A stretch of 64,000 nucleotides of DNA, taken from positions 232,140 through 296,139 of the forward strand of contig CDRNVI010000008.1 in NCBI GenBank assembly GCA_977017575.1, read 5' to 3'. This DNA comes from Paramoeba atlantica (Eukaryota > Protista > Discosea). The notes below the pieces were generated by a model. It did not search any database. It saw only the letters and a program-made list of their open reading frames with translations, and was not told the DNA's origin. The translations under genes and the position numbers were made by a program. Shown piece by piece: positions 1 through 9,091 of this stretch (positions are counted from its first letter, which is position 1; every line of letters begins with the position of its first letter).

Positions 1-523
1 CTGTTCTACTTGGGGTCGGCCTAGAAAGGGCCATGTCTCTCTTACTGGGAGGTCTCTTACTGTTGGTTCTCCGGTATCTTTGGAAAGCATTCTCATTGAT
101 TTTTATAAACCCCGTTCCGGTTTAATGTACCTGTAGATCGCTATTGGAGCCCCTGCAACTTGGCGTCTTTTTTGGGTCCACTCGGGGTCACGGTGGGTCA
201 CTAGGGGCCGTGGTGGTCCCCTAGTGACCACTGCTACTTGTCCTTGTTGATCATTTTGTATGTATGTAATTATTGAGGGAGATACGGAGTATCTAACTCG
301 CTTACTAAGGTTAATTCCAAAAACTGAAAAAGATCCCCAAAGAAGCATAAGACTGAGTTTTTTCAAAATTCCAAAACGTAGCAGTAGGTCATTAGATGAA
401 CTCTTAAATACTCTAGAAATCATCTAAAACAACCTTATTTCCCAAATTTTAGAACATTTTTCGTAAACAAAAGTGCGTGTGCAAAGGTCTGCGATACGAC
501 AAACTGGTTGACTAAGGAGCGTC

Positions 524-601
524 CTTTGAGTAGTCCAGTTGGTAAAGGGGTTCCATTTTGACGCTGAACGTCCGCGGTTCGATTCCCGACATTGACATTT
601 T
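524..601 (+). promoter_or_regulatory. tRNA-derived Pol III cassette (A box, B box, oligo-T) inside element X
   Basis: A box TAGTCCAGTTGG (531-542), B box GGTTCGATTCC (576-586), T run at 598-601. Acceptor and T stems do not pair, so this is not a functional tRNA. Confidence 0.7.
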
Positions 602-699
602 ACTAAAAAAATCGAAAAAAAAATTATTTGCTCAAGATCGCCAAAAAAAACAAATTCGGAACAATTCTTTTTTTTCAGATTTTTTTTTCTCGTGCATAC

Positions 700-1089
700 G
701 TGTACACGTGGCACTTACTCTTTCGTGGCAGTGGTGTACTGCCACGTGAGGCAGTGAACGCAGTGTAGATGCAGTGTAAGTGCACTGCCACGTGAGGCAG
801 TGACTGCAGTGCAGCTGCATCACGTACGTGAAAGAGTAACTGTACTGCCACGTGAGGCAGTGAACGCAGTGTAGATGCAGTGGCACGTGCGAGAGTAAGT
901 GTACTGCCACGTGAGGCAGTGAACGCAGTGTAGATGCAGTGGCGCGTGAGAGAGTCAGTGACTGCAGTGCAGATGCAGTATAAGTGCACTGCCACGTGAG
1001 GCAGTGACTGCAGTGCAGCTGCATCACGTACGTGAAAGAGTAAGTGTGCGGCCACGTGAGGCAGTGAACGCAGTGGTGCGTGAGAGAGT
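700..1089 (+). repeat. CACGTG/GCAGTG-rich minisatellite of element X, left part
   Basis: Repeated units like GTGAGAGAGTAAGTGTACTGCCACGTGAGGCAGTGAACGCAGTGTAGATGCAGTGGCAC (about 59 bp). Confidence 0.9.
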
Positions 1090-2532
1090 TGTGGATTGTC
1101 ATACTCAGTGCAACACCTTTTTGTCATACTCAGTGCAACAAAAATGAGAAAAATATGGGTGTGTTCCGGATGTCAGGATTTTCGCATACTCAGTGCAACA
1201 CTGTTTTTTCGGTCGGACAGCACCACGAACGGACACGGGATTGTATGAGCCATGTTAAGAAAGAAACAATGGATTAAGGAAAAAAAATTATATAAGGAGA
1301 AGAAAAAAGGAGTACCTGGATAATCGATATTGACGGAACAACATAACGCGTTTCTTTAGTAAAGAGATAAACTTTTTACCTTTACTACTTTACAACTTAC
1401 GGCTATACAACTTACTGCTTTCATGTATAGTACCGTCTCTTTATAGTAAAATTTGGCCTTCCAAGGTCTTTGGGGAGACCCATTTCAAGCACTTTCGTGG
1501 CCGTTTCTTCAGTTTGTTGGCCGTCTTACTAACTTCGCGCTGTGTCAACCCCTCAAAAGTATCTGACTTGGTGTGATACTACCGGACCAGACCATTCATG
1601 TTTTCAACGGCCCCCTTTTCCCATGAGTGGTAAGGATGACAAAAGTAAGATTTGCATCCTAACTTCCTGTTGATGGCTTCATAATTGGTGTTTTCAGTTC
1701 CATTGTCATACGTTATGGTATGCACTTTGTATTTCTTTAAGGCTTTCAGCACCTGTGTTTCAACTTGTTTTGACTGCTTGGATTGAAATACACGGACAAC
1801 AAACCTTTCTTTCGTTCACAAAGGGTCAGGATGAAATACCCACTTTTCTTTGCTCCCTCAATTAAATCGGCCTCCCAATCACCATACCGACGTCGTGTGT
1901 TTACTATTTGGGGACGATGATCGATAGAAACCCGGTTTGGAATGGTACTTCGACCATGAATGCGTCGAACATAAGGCCGCCTTCCGCGGATCCGTAGGCA
2001 CCTATGAATCTTCCCCCCATTGTCTTTGTCTCGACGAACAAATCGATAGATTGTGGAGGTGGATGGTGAACCTTGTGAGCCGACAACAAGTGTATTAGCA
2101 ACCTGCTCCGGGCTGTGAAGCTTTCGGAGACGGGTCTTTACACTTTTTTCAAGACTGGCTCGAATTAGACGTGGTCTGGTCCCTTTATTAACCAGTCGTC
2201 TCTTGGCAACACGATGGGCACGTCTGGAACGATATTGCCCACCTCTTTTCCTGTTGCGTGCCAGCTCACGACATACCGCACTTGGTGACTTATCAATCGA
2301 TCGGGCAATTTCCCTCTTCGTGGCGCCACTTTCAAACATCGTTTGAATATCTTTGCGATTGTTTTCAGATAATCTTCTGTACTTTGGCATGAATGAACTC
2401 AATTATGTAGAAATTAGTATATGAAGTGTACTATGTAGAAATTAACCTTTTGTTGCGCTGAGTATGACAATTATTATTATTTTGTTGCACTGAGTAATGA
2501 CAATTTGTTGCACTGACATTGACAATCCACCA
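1090..2532 (-). mobile_element. IS30-family-like transposon, 1443 bp, with TIRs and three subterminal repeats per end
   Basis: Left end TGTGGATTGTCATACTCAGTGCAACA; right end (rc) TGGTGGATTGTCAATGTCAGTGCAACA. CATACTCAGTGCAACA occurs at 1100, 1125 and 1185, and inverted at about 2451, 2483 and 2506. A GT (or AGT) TSD restores the minisatellite unit GAGAGTAAGTG. Confidence 0.85.
1441..2402 (-). pseudogene. IS30-family DDE transposase, about 320 aa, with one frameshift (near 1800) and one in-frame stop
   Basis: N-terminal HTH (REIARSIDKSPSAVCRELARN), SPEQV, STIY and IPNRVSIDHRP...GDWEADL. After the frameshift: KVHTITYDNGTE...YFCHPYHSWEKGAVENMNGLVR*Y...RPRKCLKWVSP, ending at TAA 1441-1443. These are typical IS30 motifs. 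Confidence 0.92.
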
Positions 2533-3300
2533 GTAAGTGACTGCAGTGTAGCTGCAGTGGCACGTGCGAGAATAAGTGCACTTCCACGTGAGGCAGTGAA
2601 CGCAGTGTAGATGCAGTGGCGCGTGAGAGAGTAAGTGTACTGCCACGGGAGGAAGTGAATGTATTGATGTAGTGCAGCTGCAGTGGCACGTGCGAGAGTA
2701 AGTGCACTACCACTGTAAGTACAGTGGTACGTGAAAGAGTAAGTGTACTGCCACGTGAGGCAGTGAACGCAGTGTAGATGCAGTGGCACGTGAGAGAGTA
2801 AGTGTACTTCCACGTGAGGCAGTGAACGCAGTGCAGATGCAGTGGCGCGTGAGAGAGTCAGTGACTGCAGTGCGAGAGTAAGTGTACTGCCACGTGAGGC
2901 AGTGAACGCAGTGTAGATGCAGTGGCACGTGAGAGAGTAAGTGTACTTCCACGTGAGGCAGTGAACGCAGTGTAGATGCAGTGGCGCGTGAGAGAGTCAG
3001 TGACTGCAGTGCGAGAGTAAGTGTACTGCCACGTGAGGCAGTGAACGCAGTGTAGATGCAGTGGCACGTGAGAGAGTAAGTGTACTTCCACGTGAGGCAG
3101 TGAACGCAGTGCAGATGCAGTGGCGCGTGAGAGAGTCAGTGACTGCAGTGCGAGAGTAAGTGTACTGCCACGTGAGGAAGTGACTGCAGTAATGCAATGC
3201 AGCTACAGTGGCAAGTTCGAGAGTAATGTACTGCCACGTGAGGCGGTGACTGTATTGATGCAGTGTGTAGCTAGAGTGGAACGTGGGTGCAGGTGGCTGC
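2533..3300 (+). repeat. Minisatellite of element X, right part: 59-bp unit with about 139-bp higher-order period
   Basis: 59-bp period visible at 2881/2940. Equivalent positions recur at 2813, 2952 and 3091. Confidence 0.9.
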
Positions 3301-3414
3301 ACATGAAACACCCACATGAGAGACCGTGCGCCACCAGTGGCTGCACTGGTGTTCCATTTAGAGAGTTTTGTTACAGATCGCCATGTTGTGGAAGGGTGGC
3401 CAGCTGGGAGATAA

Positions 3415-3616
3415 CCCAGATTGAAAGGGTCGAGGGAGATACGAAGCAACAGGCGTGGCAGATTCCCACTGAAAAGAAATGGTATCTCCCTGCACGAAGT
3501 TTGTCTCCGAGCTAGCAAGCGCAAAGGCTTTTCTCGTGCGGGGAGATACCATTTCTTTTCAGTGGTAATCTGCCACGCCTGTTGCTTCGTATCTCCCTCG
3601 ACCCTTTCAATCTGGG
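3415..3616. repeat. About 200-bp foldback (long hairpin) forming the 3' end of element X
   Basis: CCCAGATTGAAAGGGTCGAGGGAGATACGAAGCAACAGGCGTGGCAGATT... pairs with ...AATCTGCCACGCCTGTTGCTTCGTATCTCCCTCGACCCTTTCAATCTGGG; arms about 75-80 bp. Confidence 0.95.
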
Positions 3617-3621
3617 TTGTG

Positions 3622-4011
3622 ATGGGAAAAATATATTGTCCTCGCTGCAAGGTGGACCGCCACGTGTCTTTGGGGGAACCTATAAGGTGTGTAATGTGTG
3701 CATGCACCATTGAAAGTGATGCAAAGGATCCTTGCATCCAATGTCAAAGGGTCTCTGTAATCATAGGTACGAACTACTGTCCTCTATGTAATGCTCCACA
3801 GGACTCTGAACGACTTCTGCCCAGTGCCATCGACCATCTACACGCTCGTGAGCTTCAAGGGAAGCACAATTTTCGCGCTCTTGCGGATGGAGGGTTTTAT
3901 GAAAGTCGCACCAATATGCTGATACTGCCTCATTCAAAGACAATTCCCGTATCAGTTGTCCAAGCAAAAACAGGACCACAAGTGCGAACAATCTCTTTTA
4001 CACTTTCATAG
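3622..4011 (+). CDS. Putative 129-aa Cys-rich protein with four CxxC pairs (zinc-ribbon-like), possible TE cargo
   Basis: MGKIYCPRC...CVMC...CIQC...CPLC, uninterrupted frame. No family recognised. Confidence 0.4.
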   Translation: MGKIYCPRCKVDRHVSLGEPIRCVMCACTIESDAKDPCIQCQRVSVIIGTNYCPLCNAPQDSERLLPSAIDHLHARELQGKHNFRALADGGFYESRTNMLILPHSKTIPVSVVQAKTGPQVRTISFTLS

Positions 4012-4377
4012 CTTTTTAGGTCATGTTTTCATAAAATCCATGAATTCCTTAGTGGGGTATTATCAATGCCTAGCACCTGTCCCTCGCCGGAGGTATTTCT
4101 CGTCGGTTTTTGGGTCCACTAGGGGCCACACTGGGCCACTCGGACCCTGCATTGAGTCCATTGTACCGGGGGTGGGGGACAATACGTGGGAACGCTTGGT
4201 TTTATTGTACACCCCCTGCGTAAAAGAGGGCCTTCTTTTGCCTTTTCACAGATTTTCTTTCTAAAAATGATTACATTTTTACCCAAATTAGCAGCGAAGA
4301 CATGAAAATAGCGAAGCTCCGACTATTTTCGGGGAGAATATTTCCCGACTATTTTCGGGGAAGCTCCGAATTCGGGG

Positions 4378-4743
4378 AAGAATTCAAAGTTTGAAGCACA
4401 TGGTGCTCAGACGGCGAGTTCAAACCCGCTCATCCCAATATTCCCGGCGGCCTCACTCTAAGAGGCTGGGCTGATAACCGACTAGGTCCAGTACTCGGAG
4501 GACCGTCCCGGACCCTCCCCTCAGGGAACCAGCTCCCTTACCCGGCTTACACCTCTTGGGTGAGCCGTGTTGACGTACAGTTCGTCGACGCAGCGTGTTG
4601 GCAACATCACGTTGGTGCCTTTGGACAAGCGGAAACTGGTAGAGGACGTCGGCCTCGGAACTTCCAAATCTGTCTGTGAAGGGTCTGGCTTGCCAGTGAC
4701 CATCCAGAGAGATCCGGAATGATTTGGATTTTTTTTGGATTTT
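4378..4743 (+). mobile_element. tRNA-derived SINE, slightly 5'-truncated
   Basis: Shares the roughly 380-bp consensus of the other copies and the (TTGGAT)n-like tail; sits in a short GAAGCTCCGACTATTTTCGGGG repeat. Confidence 0.85.
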
Positions 4744-4937
4744 GGGGAAGCTCCGACTATTTTCGTTATTTTTCGGAATTGTTATTGTACCTGTAGCTAC
4801 GCATTCTACCTGTAGCTAGTTATTGTACCGGGCGGGTACATTAACCCGGACGGGGGTTTAATTACCGGTGAAGCTTTTATTAAGAATAACATTAATTAAA
4901 GTAATTTCTGACGAGAAAAAATGTTTACTTTAATTAA

Positions 4938-5052
4938 TTCTTTTTTAGGCTCTTCGTTACACGCGCTGGTTATTTTCAACTTAGAAGTCACTAATGCTGC
5001 GTGCTTCGCGTTGAAAACTACCACCGCGTTTAAAGAAGATCCTAAAAAAGAA
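4938..5052. repeat. About 115-bp foldback repeat family C
   Basis: TTCTTTTTTAGGCTCTTCGTTA...AAGAAGATCCTAAAAAAGAA. Other copies at 15185-15303 (inverted) and partial copies at 9458-9530 and 15335-15374. Confidence 0.75.
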
Positions 5053-5324
5053 AAATCGCCAAAAGATCATGAATAATCTATTTTTTTGCGTGAAAATGCG
5101 CGATTTTTAGGCGAAAATTGCGAAATTTTAACCCGAATTTGTACCATTTTTGATGCCTTACCAGTAGGGGTGGGAAGCGAATCAGCCGAAAAAAACGTCG
5201 TTGAATGGTAGCTGAGGCCCAAAACTCTTAAAATGCGTTTTAGGAGTCGATTTTGGAAAAATAATATCTTTACTTTCTTTTGGGTCAAAAAACTTTTTTT
5301 TTGGGTCACCCCAAAAAAATCGGA

Positions 5325-5480
5325 CATTTTGATCTTGTCGGACCCCTCCTGCGCGTACCAGGGGGGGTACCCCCAGTGGGGGGGTGAAAAGTTATCGCCG
5401 CGGCCTACTCTATCACTTCCCTGCGCTCGATTTCGAAAAGCAAAAAATTTGAAAAAACTTTCTTGACGTATGCTCCCCCC
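5325..5480. repeat. Dispersed AT-rich/G-C-run repeat family D
   Basis: CCCCTCCTGCGCGTACCAGGGGGGG...TTATCGCCGCGGCCTAC...CGCTCGATTT recurs at about 12590-12735. Confidence 0.6.
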
Positions 5481-6851
5481 TGGACCCCCCCTGGACCGCC
5501 CCCTGGACCCCCCCCTGGACCCCCCTCCCCTAGACCCCCCGTTTTTTTCAATTTCTTTTTTCATTTTCGGACCACCGGAGCCCCCTTTTGTATTTTCTTC
5601 TATTATATTACTGTGTTTCTCTTTATATTTTCACTGTTTTTGTTCACTTTTTTTTCAATAATCGAGGGTAGAGCGGTACTTATACAACTACCGCAATGCT
5701 ACGTTAATTAAAGTTACGTCAATTTATGTTTTTGTGGCGTAAGTAAATTTGAGATTTACTATTTTTAAGCCCATAAGATTGAACGTAGTTTGCACACTTT
5801 TCCAAAATTTCCCAAAAGGTAACTAAACATCAACGAATTCCAAAGAAAATCAAGAATAAGCACACTAGAAGGTTTCTGCACAAAACAATGCCCCATCCAA
5901 CAAAACTCGTACCAGCGGACTTAACCTCACTTAACAGAAGACGTGTGACCATGATTTCACCCGTACCTGAGAACGTCAAAAGGTCAAAAATACTACAGTG
6001 TAGCAACGACTCTAAACTATGTATTTTGCAAGAAACAGAAACAAAAAAGAATTAAAAAATCGTTTTCTACTTTCGTGAAAAACTAAGCAAACATCGCTCA
6101 ATTCCATCTAAAGCGAAATACTCCACCGCCTATGGGTGTTGTTTCCAAGGGCAACTGGTCGTATTCTTGAGACATCTTCTAGAAATTTAAAAAATGAAAT
6201 TAGTAATTATTTTTCGTCATTTTTTGACCAAAATTAATTATTACGTTAATTACCGTAGAAACTTCAATTAAGGGTAATTAAAATTAAGGCAACTTTAATT
6301 AAGGCAGCTTTAATTACACCCAAGCCAAAAATTATTATCGCTAAAATTATTGGCACAAAAATTATTGTTTTTTTAATTAAAAGCTGTCAATTTTTGGCGA
6401 GAAACATTTTTTAATTTTTTTGGTCAATTTTTGAATTTCTCATGAGGTCTGATCTTGGCAACCACGTTTTAGAGAAGAGTTCCATAGATTTTACACAAAA
6501 ATTCAAATTTTATGAGAGGATTTGACGCGAGAGAAGCGAGATTGGCTTTATGTCAACACCCGGTCGTGAGATCATGCGAGATCACACCCGCATCCCATCA
6601 TTTAATGACCACTTAATAACCTGCCCTTCGCAACGCATTTGGCAAGATTAGAGAGATGCAAACCACCGTCCGGGTTATACCTAGGGACACTTGTGCTTCC
6701 TAAGGATAATAATTTTTTGGTGATAAGCAACTTTCTTCCCCGTAAAAATTCTTGAATCTTTTTGGGAGCAAAAAAACCCTTTCGACCTAATTTTGGGGTT
6801 TTCCGCCCCTCTACTAACAACTTCTATTGTTTGTCAATATGTACAAATTTC

Positions 6852-7925
6852 CAGGGTTCGCAGAAACTATAAAACTATCAATATAGTACTATATAGTTAC
6901 TATAAACTTTTTTCGAAAACTATAAAAAACTATATTTTTTTGTTTCACATTTTAGGCACTCCGAAGCTCACCAACACTCCATAAATACACGGCGAATTCA
7001 TTTGTGTACGATTTTTCTTATTTTTAAACCCGAAAATTGATGCCCGAAATTAAAGTTACGAGGGGTAGTTTCTGCAAAGATTATTTTATTGAACTGCTGC
7101 ACACGGAGGGAAGTAAAAAAGCGGTTGAATGTAACTTGTGTCAGGAGGGGACGTACCCCAGTCCCATCGCGTGGCCTTGACAGATTGCCTTGTGCGAATC
7201 TTGCGTCCCGAACATCTTCTCACTGCATCGCTGTCGCCGCGCTTTGGCTGGAGCCACCGACGTTATGTCTTGGGACTGAATAACTGCTGCTCACAATTCT
7301 ATGAGTTTGAATAAATACAATCATATGAGTCTGAATAAATTACGCGGTGTGTTGTCGAGTGGAGAGTTTGTACTTCCTATCGTCACTCCTTTCGCATGCG
7401 TTTCATTGCCATTTCCGAGGAGATGACACACTAGTTGATGATATTTTTCGGCGGTGATGGAATCGCGGGGAAGAGGGAGCATGTTTCGATAGCTATGTAA
7501 CCCAGGATAAAGTGGACGAGGGAGGTTCTAAAAGCACCTTTAAACCACCACAAAAATAGAATGATATCTCCCGGTTTGTAAAGGATTCCGACGTGCCAAA
7601 AGAATCTTTAAGGGACATACCCTTCCATTTTTATGGTGGTTTAAAGGTGCTTTTAGAACCTCCCTCGTCCACTTTAGCTTGGGTTACATTTTTTTCAGAA
7701 TTTCTTGTCATATCATACGTATGTAAGCGTGTAAGAACGCATGTAAAGGCGTGTGTATGTCCTTCACAAGCGGAGAGGACTCAAAACATATCACTTGTAA
7801 AGTGAAAAAAACTTTATAGTTTTCTTATAGTTTTATAGTAAAATATAGTAAATATAGTACTATATAGTAACTATATTCAATGAAAAAAACTATATTTTAC
7901 TATATTATAGTTTCTGCGAACCCTG
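6852..7925. mobile_element. Non-autonomous hAT-superfamily element
   Basis: Perfect 21-bp TIR CAGGGTTCGCAGAAACTATAA (6852-6872 and 7905-7925). 8-bp TSD CAAATTTC (6844-6851, 7926-7933). CAG ends plus an 8-bp TSD are hAT hallmarks. Confidence 0.9.
7495..7689. repeat. About 195-bp foldback family B, inside the hAT element
   Basis: ATGTAACCCAGGATAAAGTGGACGAGGGAGGTTCTAAAAGCACCTTTAAACCACC... with an inverted arm ending ...CCACTTTAGCTTGGGTTACAT. Confidence 0.85.
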
Positions 7926-8469
7926 CAAATTTCTACGAAAATTATTGGCACAAAAATTATTGATTTTTTAATTAAAAGTTGCAGAGCTTTGCCAATAATT
8001 AAAACCTCAATAATATTAGTCGGCAGTGTAAGGCAATAATTAATTTTTTGTCATTTTGGGGAAAAAATTGGGAAAAAAAAATTTCATGATTCCGTCTCAG
8101 ACTTTTCCTTTCAATGATCGTTTTAACTTTTCTCTCACACGTTGAACTGGTTGAAGACCGTAAAGTTAGGCGAAACAGGCGAAGCTCGTCTAGAAAAGTT
8201 CGAAAAACATGAAAAATGATAACAAATTGAGCACTTTTAGCAGAAATGTGATATTTATGCTACAAACGACAATATTTAAATAAGAACTTTTTGGGCTTTT
8301 ATCAGCGCCACTTTAATTAAGGCAACTTTGATTAAGGCAAAAATTAATTTTTAAATCCGTTCTGCCTTAATTACTTTTATCCTTAATAACCGTTTCCCCG
8401 GTAATCTCGAGTGCAAGATTATATTCAAATCGTTTTTTGTTGCGACATTATACAATTAACATCAAATTA

Positions 8470-8846
8470 AACGGGGGTACGACTTAATGTACCGGGTACC
8501 CTTTTATATACCGGGGGGGTATAATCGCTACCCAATATACCCCCCCCTGGGCACCGTGGAAAACAAGGGGGTGGTGGTATAAACGCTCAAAAGAAATAGA
8601 GCGTTTATGCCTCCCACCCCCTTGTTTTCCACGGTGCCATCATGTATTGTCCCTTTTAACCTCTTTGGTTACCGTAAAAAACAGGTCCTCTTTGGTTTAC
8701 CGCAAAAAAACATTGGAGCTAATATACCCCCCACCCCCCCGCATTATACCCCCCACCCGGTATAAACGGTGAGCGAATATACCCCCCCTTAATATACAGA
8801 GTACACTTTATTATACCCCCCCTGTACATTAAGTCGTACCCCCGTT
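8470..8846. mobile_element. MITE, TA TSD, with internal 89-bp hairpin
   Basis: TIR AACGGGGGTACGACTTAATGTAC at both ends, TA at 8468-8469 and 8847-8848. Internal inverted repeat 8550-8638. Confidence 0.85.
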
Positions 8847-9067
8847 TACGACATTATACTCAAATACGATTTATTCCCATTTTCTCGAAAATAACGTTGT
8901 TTATTCAACAACGCATTCCTTGAATAGAACTCATTCTGCACATGAACGTGTTTGTCCATAAAAAAAGGGCCGCGAAGCGACGCCAAATTTTTTTTACCCT
9001 TGTTTTGGTTTTTTCCGATATTTACATTATTAATTATTGTGCCTAGAGCCAATTATTGTGCAGGGGT

Positions 9068-9091
9068 GGAACAATAACCCGGAACAGGGTT
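9068..9091. mobile_element. Solo TIR related to the 108-4858 element
   Basis: Reverse complement AACCCTGTTCCGGGTTATTGTTCC, followed by TA. Confidence 0.5.

Larger units (their letters stand above)
273..3616 (+). mobile_element. Element X copy 1: non-autonomous rolling-circle (Helitron2/Helentron-like) element
   Basis: Starts TTGAGGGAGATACG with a small hairpin (AGATAC-GGA-GTATCT, 280-294) and ends CAATCTGGG. A 12-bp asymmetric inverted repeat links 275-286 to 3588-3599, 17 nt from the 3' end. Copy 2 has the same termini. Insertion is at A|T with no TSD. Confidence 0.7.
108..4858. mobile_element. Non-autonomous TIR DNA transposon (Tc1/mariner-pogo-like, TA TSD), about 1 kb native, expanded by nested insertions
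   Basis: Left end AACCCCGTTCCGGTTTAATGTACC (108-131) matches the reverse complement of 4835-4858 (AACCCCCGTCCGGGTTAATGTACC) at 21/24. TA flanks both ends (106-107, 4859-4860). Confidence 0.65.

Noticed and set aside
524-596. Functional tRNA genes (here, at 57845-57922 and in SINE heads)
   Set aside because: Promoter boxes are present but acceptor, anticodon and T stems do not pair properly.
632-3737. His/Cys-rich ORFs across the minisatellites (also 56713-57831)
   Set aside because: Translations of the tandem repeat, open in several overlapping frames.
7110-7230. BED-finger remnant of a hAT transposase (CNLC...CESC)
   Set aside because: Short, contains a stop, lacks the His pair, and no other hAT motifs are nearby.
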